Source of the DNA: an uncultured Flavobacteriaceae bacterium
GTDB lineage: Bacteria; Bacteroidota; Bacteroidia; Flavobacteriales; Flavobacteriaceae
Length of the DNA stretch: 62,295 nt
Direction: 5' to 3'
Assembly (NCBI GenBank): GCA_937936275.1
Contig: CALHCJ010000014.1
Location: 1 to 62,295, forward strand
Under the pieces are notes generated by a model, which did not search any database, was not told the DNA's origin, and saw only the letters and a list, made by a program, of their open reading frames with translations. This document shows, piece by piece, positions 31,515 to 41,502 of this stretch (within the stretch, counting starts at the first letter, position 1; each line of letters opens with the position of its first letter). A program made the position numbers and the translations under genes.

Positions 31515-32332
31515 CACTTACAGATAAACAACTTCAAGAATCTACAGCCTATTTACAAAGCAAAGGCTTTGACAAACCCGAAATAGGTATTGTACTTGGT
31601 ACCGGATTGGGCAAACTGGTGGACGAAATTGAGAACCCAATAGAAGCTCATTACAATCATATTCCATTTTTTCCATTGGCAACGGTAGAATTTCATACTG
31701 GAAAATTGATATATGGAACTTTCGAGGGAAAAAAGACTGTAGTCATGCAGGGTCGTTTTCATTTGTACGAAGGCTATGATTTAATGGATATTACCTACCC
31801 AATTCGGGTGATGAAGCAGCTCGGAATTCAAAAACTATTTATTTCGAATGCAGCCGGAGCCATAAATCTTAACTTCAATAAAGGAGATATTATGTTAGTG
31901 GAAGATCATATTAATTTGCAAGGTGGTTCTCCTTTAGCGTTTAAAAATGTAGCGCAATTTGGAGACCGTTTTGTTGATATGGCAGAACCTTACGATGTCG
32001 AAATGCGCAAGAAATTAATGAGTGTCGCTGAGAAAGAGAACATCACTCTCAAAGAAGGCATTTATGCTTCAGTAGTAGGCCCACAGTTAGAAACTCGTGC
32101 AGAATATCGAATGTTGAAAATTTTAGGCGCAGATGCAGTTGGCATGAGCACTGTACCCGAAGTTATTGTAGCCAATCATTTGCGATTGCCTGTTATCGCC
32201 GTTTCAGTATTAACCGATGAATGTGATCCTGACAACTTACAACCCGTAAATATTGAAGAAATTATAGCCATTGCGGGTAAAACGGAACCGAAAATGGTCA
32301 AACTATTTCGCGAGCTTATTAAACAGATTTAA
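31511..32332 (+). CDS. Purine nucleoside phosphorylase (trimeric type)
   Basis: GRFHLYEG, NAAG, GPQLETRAE, VGMSTVPE. Confidence 0.93.
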   Translation: MTLTDKQLQESTAYLQSKGFDKPEIGIVLGTGLGKLVDEIENPIEAHYNHIPFFPLATVEFHTGKLIYGTFEGKKTVVMQGRFHLYEGYDLMDITYPIRVMKQLGIQKLFISNAAGAINLNFNKGDIMLVEDHINLQGGSPLAFKNVAQFGDRFVDMAEPYDVEMRKKLMSVAEKENITLKEGIYASVVGPQLETRAEYRMLKILGADAVGMSTVPEVIVANHLRLPVIAVSVLTDECDPDNLQPVNIEEIIAIAGKTEPKMVKLFRELIKQI

Positions 32333-32392
32333 CTCTAGTATTCGTAAGTACTTGTGCTGTTTTACGTCAAAAAAGAAAAATTCTTGAAAGGC

Positions 32393-33154
32393 ATGAGCAA
32401 ACTTGTAGTTGCTGTTTTTGTTTCTTTTTACCTATTCTTCGGTGGTATTTCGAACAATACTAAAATCACAAAAAGTAGATTTAATGTAGGGCCCGAGTAT
32501 ACTATTGAATTAGATCATTCGGCATGGCAATCACTTCTGGATAAATATGTAAATGATTTTGGCGATGTGAATTATAAAGGCTTCTTAACATCGCTTCCCA
32601 ATTTAGATCAATATCTACGCTACCTTTCTGAAAATAGTCCTGAAAGGGATTGGTCAAAAAATAAAAAGTTGGCGTACTACATCAATTTATATAACGCTGC
32701 TACGGTAAAACTAGTTCTAAATAATTATCCAACTCAAAGCATCAAAGACTTGAAAAATCCATGGGGTAAAAGTTGGATACAGACTGGTGATGGCGTACTC
32801 TCGTTAGGAGATATTGAACATAAAATTTTACGCAAAATGAAGGAACCGAGAATTCATTTTGCGATCAATTGCGCTTCATTCTCTTGCCCCAAACTAAGCA
32901 ACCAAGCATTTACAGAAGACCACATGGAAAAACAACTGGCAGAGGCTACCAAGAGTTTTATTCAAGACCCCAGTAAGAATATCATTACGAAACAAAGACT
33001 ACGACTTTCTAGTATTTTCAAATGGTATAAAAAAGATTTTACAGAAAATGGATCTGTTATTGATTATATACAACCCTACATCTCAATAAAGTTAGATAAC
33101 AAAGCTGATATTGATTATCTCAAATATGACTGGCAATTAAATGAAGCAAAATAA
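32393..33154 (+). CDS. DUF547 domain exported protein
   Basis: YINLYNA, IEHKILR, RIHFAINCASFSCP, IFKWY, YDW.LN; ATG at 32393 preferred. Confidence 0.88.
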   Translation: MSKLVVAVFVSFYLFFGGISNNTKITKSRFNVGPEYTIELDHSAWQSLLDKYVNDFGDVNYKGFLTSLPNLDQYLRYLSENSPERDWSKNKKLAYYINLYNAATVKLVLNNYPTQSIKDLKNPWGKSWIQTGDGVLSLGDIEHKILRKMKEPRIHFAINCASFSCPKLSNQAFTEDHMEKQLAEATKSFIQDPSKNIITKQRLRLSSIFKWYKKDFTENGSVIDYIQPYISIKLDNKADIDYLKYDWQLNEAK

Positions 33155-33845
33155 TCCGAAAATAAGTATTATTATTCCCGTTTTAAATGAGGCCACTTCT
33201 ATTGGGCAGATATTGCGCTACCTAAAAAAAAATAGCTCTAAACATCGAATCAAAGAAATACTTGTGGTTGATGGCGGAAGTACGGATAAAACGTCAGAAA
33301 TTGCCTTAGCTCAAGAAGTAAGTGTTCTCTATGCACCAAAAGGTCGTGCTAAACAAATGAATTTTGGCGCAGAACACGCCAAGGGTGATATTCTATATTT
33401 TCTACATGTAGACACCTTACCGCCAATCAATTTTGATTTGAGTATTGTAGAGGCTTTTCGAAACGGAAATAAAGCTGGATGCTTTCAAATGAAATTTGAT
33501 AGTAAAAGTAGGTTCTTAAACTTCTTTGCATGGTTTACCAGAATTAATCATAAACTATGTCGCGGAGGAGATCAATCGCTATTCATCTCAAAAAGCCTAT
33601 TTGAGCAGTCAGGTGGTTTTAATGAGAATTATCTTGTTTATGAAGACAATGAATTTATCGGTAGGCTATATAAAATGGTTGCTTTTAAAATTTTGGCCAG
33701 GCATGTAAAAACCTCTGCCAGACGCTATGAAAAACGTGGAGAAGTTATATTACAATATCACTTCGGAATGATTCATTTGAAAAATTATTTCGGTGCTGGG
33801 CCCGAGCAATTGCATGATTACTATAAGCGTAAAATTGCTATTTAA
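33141..33845 (+). CDS. TIGR04283-like GT2 glycosyltransferase
   Basis: IIPVLNE, VDGGSTD, GRAKQMN.GA, FLHVD, GDQ, TSARR. Confidence 0.88.
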   Translation: MKQNNPKISIIIPVLNEATSIGQILRYLKKNSSKHRIKEILVVDGGSTDKTSEIALAQEVSVLYAPKGRAKQMNFGAEHAKGDILYFLHVDTLPPINFDLSIVEAFRNGNKAGCFQMKFDSKSRFLNFFAWFTRINHKLCRGGDQSLFISKSLFEQSGGFNENYLVYEDNEFIGRLYKMVAFKILARHVKTSARRYEKRGEVILQYHFGMIHLKNYFGAGPEQLHDYYKRKIAI

Positions 33846-34891
33846 CGTATTCGCCCGATTTCACCACTTTCAAAATCTAAAATAACACCTTCAGAAATCC
33901 ATTTAGCCAAAGCTTGTCTGTTGTCAGGATCTAAAATACGACGTTGGTCTTTCTTATTTCGAATGTTGCCTATTTCAATAAAAGTCATTGCTGGATGGGT
34001 CTTTTTTACTAAATATAGCGAAGTGCGATCTTGAAACGTACCAGTATACGTTCGGTTTGGTTGATATTTTTTATATTTTCTTTGAAATGTTTTATGAATG
34101 CTTTCCGCTAACTTTTTTCCATTTTTACTTTTCTCATGATGGTAAAAGAAAACATCAATATTCTGCCCTACACTTCTACTGTCTACATGTGTTACAATCA
34201 GGCGTTGAAACTTTCCACGATTCTTACTATGCAGTTGATTTACAATATCAACTCGTTGGCGCAGTCGAGCGGTTTGATTTAAGGGTATCACTTTGTTGCC
34301 ATAGGCCACCTCATCACGATCTATTTCTAAAATGCGCGCATTTCGAATACCATCATTTGGGTCTCTTATAATAACATAAACTATGGCTCCGTGAGACAAT
34401 AGTTCCTTAGCTAAACGCAGGGTAATATCGTAGGCGTATTCGTCTTCAGCAAGAGATTTTCCTCCATAGTTGGCCATTGCGCCCGGATCAGGACCGCCAT
34501 GACCCGAAACCAAGTAATAAACAGCATCTTTTAACTTCTCGCTTTTTGAAAGAACCGTAGCATGGTCTTTTCCGAAAATAGCAAATTCCTCACTTACAAT
34601 TTCTTTGATTTTTGTCGATTTCTTTTGAATAGAATCAACAATCGCAACCGTATCTAGGTTCATTTTCGGAATGCGATAATTACGCCCTTCGTAGAGGTGA
34701 ACACTATCACGCAGATTGTCGATGTTCATTGAAATAAATTCATCGTAAGCATCGTAAGGATTCATCCCTTGCTTTCTAAGTAAAGAAAGTATTCCATCGC
34801 CTTTTTCAGCAGTCACAACTGCTAACGAATCTTGAGCCAAGATTATCGATGCACATAAAAAACAAGTAATAACGCAAAAAACTCCTTTCAT
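33842..34891 (-). CDS. N-acetylmuramoyl-L-alanine amidase (Amidase_3)
   Basis: GHGGPDPGA, catalytic E, HVD, FIEIG; signal peptide from ATG 34891. Confidence 0.85.
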   Translation of the reverse strand: MKGVFCVITCFLCASIILAQDSLAVVTAEKGDGILSLLRKQGMNPYDAYDEFISMNIDNLRDSVHLYEGRNYRIPKMNLDTVAIVDSIQKKSTKIKEIVSEEFAIFGKDHATVLSKSEKLKDAVYYLVSGHGGPDPGAMANYGGKSLAEDEYAYDITLRLAKELLSHGAIVYVIIRDPNDGIRNARILEIDRDEVAYGNKVIPLNQTARLRQRVDIVNQLHSKNRGKFQRLIVTHVDSRSVGQNIDVFFYHHEKSKNGKKLAESIHKTFQRKYKKYQPNRTYTGTFQDRTSLYLVKKTHPAMTFIEIGNIRNKKDQRRILDPDNRQALAKWISEGVILDFESGEIGRIR

Positions 34892-35041
34892 AATTTTATT
34901 TCCTCTAAAAACAATATGCCGATAAACTTCAAAAACAGTGCCTAAAATCAATTCAGCTGTTTCACAAAATTAGAGAACCAAATACCTATGAAACAAGTAC
35001 TACAAAAATTTAGTTAACTATTTATTTAACAATAAAGAAAA

Positions 35042-36304
35042 TTAAAAGTATTGTCCAATTCCAAAAACAATACCTCTTGATGAATCTTCGGTAATACCAT
35101 AACCATAATCAATCCGAAAAATAGCGTTAAAGATTTTCTTATGAATAAATCGAAGTCCTACTCCGGGGTAAATTCGAATATTTTGACTATCCGCAAAATC
35201 ACCTAAACCACCTCCTGGGTTTCGCCATGAACCACCATCAACAAAAATATTACTCTGTAAAACAAACCAATTTTTATCAATAATCGTGTATCGGTATTCA
35301 GTGTTTAATACGATAGCTCCTGTTCCGCGATCAATGGTATTACCCACACCTCGGATATTTAAATTATTATCTACAGTAAAAGGAGCAAAAGGGGTGTCTA
35401 CATTGCTTGCCAAGCCTAAGCGTAATCGGCTGGCCCAATTGCCACGTTCGCCAACCCTATGAAAGTAGGTAAAGTCGTTAAATCCAATAAGGAATTCTGG
35501 CAGTGTCGCATCTGAACTACCCACATATTGAAAATTTAATGCGCTTCGAAAACCTTCTAGATATTGATAAAAATATTCCAGTCCGTTATATTCATAAATT
35601 AATTTGAAAAGATGTTTATCTACATTTAGGGCCAGTGGTACCTGCGGATTGGTGGCTCCCGATAAATATGAATAATCTTCTGTGAACAAGCTTACTCCAA
35701 GTTCCATCCTATTTCTGAAATCGAACTCGTACAAACCCAACACCTCAAAACCTTCATTATTGTACCTATAATCGGCTGTGGTACTATCAAAAAAAACAGG
35801 CTCTTGTGTTGTAAAATCATGATAATTCACAGCCAGACCAAGCTTGTTACTAAACAAATTGGGTGCTCGAACACTGAGCCCGTATGAATTAAAGATATCG
35901 TACTGATAAAATCCGCCTAAGGTGATATTCTTTCCTAAAAAGTTAAATTCTTGAAGACCAATTCGAAAGGCAAAATCATCATTTGAGGATGTAAATAGAT
36001 TTGCAAAAGGAATTAAAGTGAAATTTTCTTCAATGGTATAATGCACAGCATAACGTGTTTGATCAGAAGAAAAAACCTCAAAATAAGCGTGAGCTATCGA
36101 GGGCAAACGTTTTAACCGTTCTATATCATCATTAATCAATGTAGAATCAAGAGCCATTTCAGGCTGCATTTTAAGAAGCTTTTTTATAAACGAGGTTTTA
36201 GTTCTTTTAGCACCTTGTATTTTAACATCGGTAACCAAGTTCTCTTGTGCTAAACCTACAGCACATATTAGCAAACTAATAACCACAAAAGAAAGCCTTA
36301 ACAT
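35042..36304 (-). CDS. Omp85/BamA-TamA-like protein with one POTRA domain
   Basis: I.GAKRTK POTRA, NFLG, IRG loop-6 motif, RIDYG, C-terminal GIGQYF; ATG at 36304 preferred. Confidence 0.8.
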   Translation of the reverse strand: MLRLSFVVISLLICAVGLAQENLVTDVKIQGAKRTKTSFIKKLLKMQPEMALDSTLINDDIERLKRLPSIAHAYFEVFSSDQTRYAVHYTIEENFTLIPFANLFTSSNDDFAFRIGLQEFNFLGKNITLGGFYQYDIFNSYGLSVRAPNLFSNKLGLAVNYHDFTTQEPVFFDSTTADYRYNNEGFEVLGLYEFDFRNRMELGVSLFTEDYSYLSGATNPQVPLALNVDKHLFKLIYEYNGLEYFYQYLEGFRSALNFQYVGSSDATLPEFLIGFNDFTYFHRVGERGNWASRLRLGLASNVDTPFAPFTVDNNLNIRGVGNTIDRGTGAIVLNTEYRYTIIDKNWFVLQSNIFVDGGSWRNPGGGLGDFADSQNIRIYPGVGLRFIHKKIFNAIFRIDYGYGITEDSSRGIVFGIGQYF

Positions 36305-36388
36305 GTTTATACAGCTTTTAAAAACACGAAGATAAGCTATAGGTATTGCAAAGAAATCACATTGCATGAATGATTTGAAAGTACTCAT

Positions 36389-37117
36389 TTACTCGGCAAC
36401 CACAAAAGGGACCTCCGCAAAAAGGTTGACCCAGTTATCTTCACTAACGGCTAAGAGGGTAAAACCGTATTGATCTCCCGAGGTTAATACAGGTGGCGTG
36501 CCTTTAGTGATGTTGAGTACTACATTATCTAATTTGTAATATTGAAAGTTTCTATCAAAGGTGTAAGTTCCTGAAAGAAGGTTGTTGGCTTCGTCTGAAA
36601 CTACTTGAAAATAAATCTTAGTGTCATCGTAACTACCATCTTGCCATGAGAAAAATGGCATGGTTGTGCTTGTGTCAATTGAGACATTCTGCATGTCATA
36701 CTCAGTAGGTTTTGTGTTTTGCTTCAATCGTATTGGATTCGATAAATGTGTTTGTCCCTCTTCATCAAATGCAATAATTACCCATTTCTCAACGTCAGAA
36801 GCGATCTCATATTTCTTCAAAAACCCATTAAAAACATCTATAATTGGTATATCAACCTGTGTATAATTATCAAAATCGTTCTTGTCAAATGAGGCATCAA
36901 TAGTTTCAAAATATCGAATGTTGGTCACCCCTTGCCTTGGGTAAAAGAAAACACTGATCAGGTTGTCATCTGAATTGCTTGCCGCACAGGCAATAACGTT
37001 ATCTCTTATTACCTGTTTACTTGCCAAAGAATCATTTAAGGTTGCTTCTTCATTGAGCGCATCTGTTGAGCAACTAAGTACTAAAAACACGATTAAGGGG
37101 ACATAAAATCGAACCAT
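36389..37117 (-). CDS. Hypothetical lipoprotein
   Basis: Lipobox VLSC, beta-rich acidic sequence; co-oriented with its neighbours. Confidence 0.75.
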   Translation of the reverse strand: MVRFYVPLIVFLVLSCSTDALNEEATLNDSLASKQVIRDNVIACAASNSDDNLISVFFYPRQGVTNIRYFETIDASFDKNDFDNYTQVDIPIIDVFNGFLKKYEIASDVEKWVIIAFDEEGQTHLSNPIRLKQNTKPTEYDMQNVSIDTSTTMPFFSWQDGSYDDTKIYFQVVSDEANNLLSGTYTFDRNFQYYKLDNVVLNITKGTPPVLTSGDQYGFTLLAVSEDNWVNLFAEVPFVVAE

Positions 37118-37118
37118 A

Positions 37119-38120
37119 TTAATACATTTTGTAATATTCTGTTATTACTTTTTGTGCCGGCTTATTTTGAGGTGTAAATCTATTGTCTTCTGCTCCTCCT
37201 ACTTCTTTGTGGTCAATGAACCACTTCCATATATAGCCACCAGCAAACCAATCTTCCGTCCAGAATTCTTCAAAAATCGCTTTTTGAGCGTTCACTTGCC
37301 CAACTAAATTGACTTTTTCCTGATGACGATCTACTTCCCAAGGTTTTTTGGCAGTGAAATCCATACTTCGGTAGCCAAATTCAGTAAAGAGTACTGGCTT
37401 ATTTTTTGCCTTTGAAAGATCAGCAATCTTTGTTTTCCAACGTTTCCACCCTTCTTTCAATTGAGCTACTGATGGCGTTTGTTCATTTGACAACGGAAAA
37501 TATGCATCGATACCTATGAAATCTAAATCTTCCCAAAAAGTGGTTCTTGGATATTCATCCCAATTAGCAGCATAAGTCAACTTTCCTTTATAAACTTCCT
37601 TAATCTTTTGAATCAAACTTTTCCAATAGTCAGGTCTATTTTTTACAAACAGCTCTAACTCAGTACCTATACATAATAATTCTGCATTTGTTTCTTGAGC
37701 TAATTCGGCATATGTCAAAATGAAATCATCATAAGACTTCTCCAACGCCTTCCAGTCTTCCTCAGATTGCATCATCAAGGTGCCTGTAAACTCCCCTTTC
37801 CAAATCCAAATCTGAGGCTTAACCATCACTCTAATATCATTTTTATGCAAAAGATCAATATATTGTTTTGCTCCTGCTTTGGTTTCTCCAAACCATTGGC
37901 GATCAGTATTATGAATGATCTCAGGTGTGTTAATATCTCTTATAAATCCAAAGGGCATAACTGCTGCGTGATTCGCGTATATCTCCATTAATTCCTCAAC
38001 ATGTTCTTGCAATACTTCTTCGCGAGAAGCTACAAAACTCACCCCATTAATTTTCTGTGTGACTTGACTAGCACAAGACAATTGTAGCAGGCCAACCATT
38101 AAAAAACCTAAAACCCTCAT
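37119..38120 (-). CDS. GH113-like (clan GH-A) glycoside hydrolase lipoprotein
   Basis: VMVKP, CIGTEL (acid/base E), LTYAANW, IGIDAYFP, FTEFGY (nucleophile E). Confidence 0.78.
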   Translation of the reverse strand: MRVLGFLMVGLLQLSCASQVTQKINGVSFVASREEVLQEHVEELMEIYANHAAVMPFGFIRDINTPEIIHNTDRQWFGETKAGAKQYIDLLHKNDIRVMVKPQIWIWKGEFTGTLMMQSEEDWKALEKSYDDFILTYAELAQETNAELLCIGTELELFVKNRPDYWKSLIQKIKEVYKGKLTYAANWDEYPRTTFWEDLDFIGIDAYFPLSNEQTPSVAQLKEGWKRWKTKIADLSKAKNKPVLFTEFGYRSMDFTAKKPWEVDRHQEKVNLVGQVNAQKAIFEEFWTEDWFAGGYIWKWFIDHKEVGGAEDNRFTPQNKPAQKVITEYYKMY

Positions 38121-38138
38121 TTAATTGCAATTAGCCTG

Positions 38139-38146
38139 CAAAAATA
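38139..38146 (-). promoter_or_regulatory. -7 element TATTTTTG upstream of the GH113-like gene
   Basis: TAnnTTTG consensus 18 nt upstream of the ATG. Confidence 0.5.
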
Positions 38147-38178
38147 AGGGTTTTAAAAATAGGACCTAAACTGATGAT

Positions 38179-39090
38179 CTAGAAAATTCCTCTTAACCCT
38201 ATGTTAAAAGTTTGACCTAATCCCGTATTGCTACCTCTAACAAAATTCGTGTAAAGTACTTCTACATTTAACGCTTTTGTCAATTGATATTTCGCTCCAC
38301 CTCCGATTGCTGTAAAATCTTGTGCAAACTCGTTGCCCAAATCAATACGTTGTGAATGTTGTGCCAAGGCTAACACTGTGAATTTTGAACTAGGAAAGTA
38401 ACTTAAGAAGATACCTGGGTTTATATTCAAACTATTATTTGCGAAACTTTCATCTTCATCACCGAAGTTTAATTCTGTAGTTAGCTCTGTGAACAGCTGC
38501 CATTTGTTTCCAGGAAAAGTATAGTCATAGAACAAACGATTCTGCCAAACTGACCCTTTCTGTTCTAAGAAAACCCCGTTCTCAGTTTCGTTGTCAATGA
38601 GCGGAATGAAAAATGAACTTTGAATAGAAAAGTTACTTACTGAAGGAAACGGAACAAACTTGATCGATGGAGCGAAAGCCGTAAAACCAGAGCGAGAATT
38701 ATTATCTCCGCTAAAACTAAAAACATCTAAAGCTCCTCGCTCGTCATCTTGAGAACTTACGACATTCGAACGAAATCTTGCAATAAAACCAAGATTGACT
38801 CTTTTATTTTGACCAACACCAGTATAAAATTCTAGTGTACTTGTGAAAAAAGACTGTCTTGGTTCTTCTCCATCTGAGAAAGTACTTTTCGTTTGTGTAT
38901 ATAAATTATTAAACCATTTAAGATCAACTTGACCTTTGCCAATCAATTTTGAAGGGGTGTACTGCTGAATATTACTCTGCTCTTGTTGCGGTTCATCCAT
39001 CTCTTTGTCTTTCATTTCATCTTGACCAAAAGAGGCTGTAGTAGTAAGCAAAATTCCTGTTAATACTAAATAGGTTTTTAAAGTTTTCAT
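38179..39090 (-). CDS. Putative outer membrane beta-barrel protein
   Basis: Signal peptide, amphipathic strands, terminal Phe (IGLRGIF). Confidence 0.7.
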   Translation of the reverse strand: MKTLKTYLVLTGILLTTTASFGQDEMKDKEMDEPQQEQSNIQQYTPSKLIGKGQVDLKWFNNLYTQTKSTFSDGEEPRQSFFTSTLEFYTGVGQNKRVNLGFIARFRSNVVSSQDDERGALDVFSFSGDNNSRSGFTAFAPSIKFVPFPSVSNFSIQSSFFIPLIDNETENGVFLEQKGSVWQNRLFYDYTFPGNKWQLFTELTTELNFGDEDESFANNSLNINPGIFLSYFPSSKFTVLALAQHSQRIDLGNEFAQDFTAIGGGAKYQLTKALNVEVLYTNFVRGSNTGLGQTFNIGLRGIF

Positions 39091-39186
39091 CGTTGTAATT
39101 TTTAAAATATTGGATTAGTTATTGCACCAGAAACCCTGTCCTAAAGTATATTTAGGAAAAAGAAATCTGTGTAATTGTTGATTAGA

Positions 39187-39909
39187 TTATTTGACTTCGT
39201 TCAATGTCCAGTCATATGGATAATATGATACTTTGGCCTTTTCCGGAAGTTTTTCAGACTTGTACTTATTTATAAAGTCTGTCACTTTACCATCATGCTC
39301 AAAATCACCCTTATACCATTCGAAAATTTGTGAAATTTTTACTTTGTTCTTATTTACTTGAATGAATTTAGGGTCATTTAAAGCCAACCGTGTTTGTTTT
39401 TCTAATTGCGTATCTAATTTTGAAGGCATGTAGGCCTCAGCAATAATTGGTGGGCAACCTAAGCCCCCGCAAACCAATACGAAATGAAAGCGCGCTTCTT
39501 TCGGAAAATTCTTTCGAAGCAATTTGTTTTCGATATCATTTAAAGTAATACTGATTCCACCAATTTCATTTTTGTTTCCATCGAAAAACCCTGGCTTATC
39601 TAGTGGTGATTTTATAGGGTAGTTTTTAACTATTCCGTCAATTACTAAAAGATTGTATCCGTTAATCCAGAATGCCTGATATTCTGCAGCATTATCTTTA
39701 GACACTGAAATACCTTTTGCCATGGTAAGCAATTCATTCAAAGCAGCCGGGTTATCTTTAATACTTTTGTAGGCTACTCTACCATTTTTCACATTCGCTT
39801 TAAAAAAAGCATCAGATTTTGAAAAAAAATCAGAAGTACTTTGTGCAAATGCAATTGTAGTACTTAAAATCAAAACGACTACTAAACTTATATTTTTTAA
39901 TTTCTTCAT
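39187..39909 (-). CDS. DUF547 domain exported protein (second copy)
   Basis: FWINGYN, RFHFVLVCGGLGCPP, IFEWY, YDWTLN. Confidence 0.88.
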   Translation of the reverse strand: MKKLKNISLVVVLILSTTIAFAQSTSDFFSKSDAFFKANVKNGRVAYKSIKDNPAALNELLTMAKGISVSKDNAAEYQAFWINGYNLLVIDGIVKNYPIKSPLDKPGFFDGNKNEIGGISITLNDIENKLLRKNFPKEARFHFVLVCGGLGCPPIIAEAYMPSKLDTQLEKQTRLALNDPKFIQVNKNKVKISQIFEWYKGDFEHDGKVTDFINKYKSEKLPEKAKVSYYPYDWTLNEVK

Positions 39910-40144
39910 AATAATTGGTGTTGTTATTCAAATCTGAAAGCTCTGTCGCAGACATTTTAAGAACCCTACAAAAAAAATTAACTTTTATACTTTTTTTAAG
40001 ATTTTAAAAATCAAGGGCTTACAAGTACGCAAGTGGTACTATAACCTTACATTCAAGATCATATTTAAAATGTTTCTAAATTATCAAATGAAAATAAGTT
40101 CTTACATTTAACCGCGACCTAATTTTCATCTACCAACTAAATAT

Positions 40145-41491
40145 ATGGAACACATAGTAATTATAGGTAACGGAATAGCTGGCGTTACCGCGGCAAGACA
40201 TATTCGTAAAAACTCAGATAAGCAGATTAGTATCATATCAGCGGAAACAGATTATTTTTTTTCACGCACTGCTTTGATGTATGTTTATATGGGACACATG
40301 AAGTTTGAACATACCCAACCTTATGAAAATTGGTTTTGGAAAAAGAACCGTATTAATTTGGTAAAAGGTTATGTCAATGAGGTAGATCATGAAAACAAAA
40401 AAGTTAATCTTGCCAGTGGTGCCAGTATCAATTATGATAAATTAATTATCGCAACAGGTTCTAAACCTAATAAATTTGGATGGCCAGGTCAAGATTTACT
40501 TGGAGTTCAAGGTTTATATTCCAAACAAGACTTAGACCAATTAGAAGCTAATGCCCCTGACAAAGAAACTTGCAAAAGAGCAGTTATCGTTGGCGGAGGA
40601 TTAATTGGAATTGAAATGGCTGAAATGCTTAGAACTCGCAAGATTCCTGTTACCTTTTTAGTACGCGAAAATAGTTTTTGGAATGGTGTGCTGCCAGCTG
40701 GTGAATCTGCCCTAATTAATGAACATATCATAGATCATCACATTGATTTAAGATTAGAAACCAATCTCGTAGAAATAATAGCAGATGAAAATGGGAGAGC
40801 AAAAGCAGTTACTACAGATAAAGGAGATACTATTGAATGTAATGTCGTTGGTCTTACTGCTGGTGTATCACCTAATGTAGACTTCTTAAAGGGTTCAGGT
40901 ATAACTCTTGGGCGCGGAGTAAAAGTGAATCGTCATCTCGAAACCAACATAACTGATATTTATGCTATTGGTGATTGCGCAGAACAACACGAAGGTATTG
41001 GAAACCGAAGACCTATTGAAGCCGTTTGGTACACTGGTCGAATGATGGGCGAAACCGTAGCACAAACTATATGCGGCAACAAAATAGAATACAAACCAGG
41101 GCATTGGTTTAATTCTGCTAAATTTCTTGACATTGAATATCAAACGTACGGGTGGGTGTTTAGTGAACGTGGTATGAAAGAATATGAAAAACACTTTCAC
41201 TGGCGACATGCTAAAGAAAACATATGTGTCACCGTAGCGTACCATAAAGAGAATAATTTATTTTTAGGCATTAATACTTTTGGTATTCGTATGCGTCACG
41301 AAATTTTTGATCGCTGGCTTACCGAAGAACGTGATGTAAATTATGTGATGGAGTATTTAAAGGATGCCAATTTTGATCCAGAATTCTATGCGCAATATGA
41401 AAAAGAAATTATATCAAAATTCAATGCAGAAAATGGAACAAAAATTTCTCCAAAGAAAAAAAGTTGGAAACGCATTTTTAGCCACGCTTAA
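40145..41491 (+). CDS. NAD(P)/FAD-dependent oxidoreductase (pyr_redox_2)
   Basis: GNGIAG, IATGS, GGGLIGIE, IYAIGD. Confidence 0.9.
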   Translation: MEHIVIIGNGIAGVTAARHIRKNSDKQISIISAETDYFFSRTALMYVYMGHMKFEHTQPYENWFWKKNRINLVKGYVNEVDHENKKVNLASGASINYDKLIIATGSKPNKFGWPGQDLLGVQGLYSKQDLDQLEANAPDKETCKRAVIVGGGLIGIEMAEMLRTRKIPVTFLVRENSFWNGVLPAGESALINEHIIDHHIDLRLETNLVEIIADENGRAKAVTTDKGDTIECNVVGLTAGVSPNVDFLKGSGITLGRGVKVNRHLETNITDIYAIGDCAEQHEGIGNRRPIEAVWYTGRMMGETVAQTICGNKIEYKPGHWFNSAKFLDIEYQTYGWVFSERGMKEYEKHFHWRHAKENICVTVAYHKENNLFLGINTFGIRMRHEIFDRWLTEERDVNYVMEYLKDANFDPEFYAQYEKEIISKFNAENGTKISPKKKSWKRIFSHA

Positions 41492-41502
41492 CCGAAAATA
41501 AA

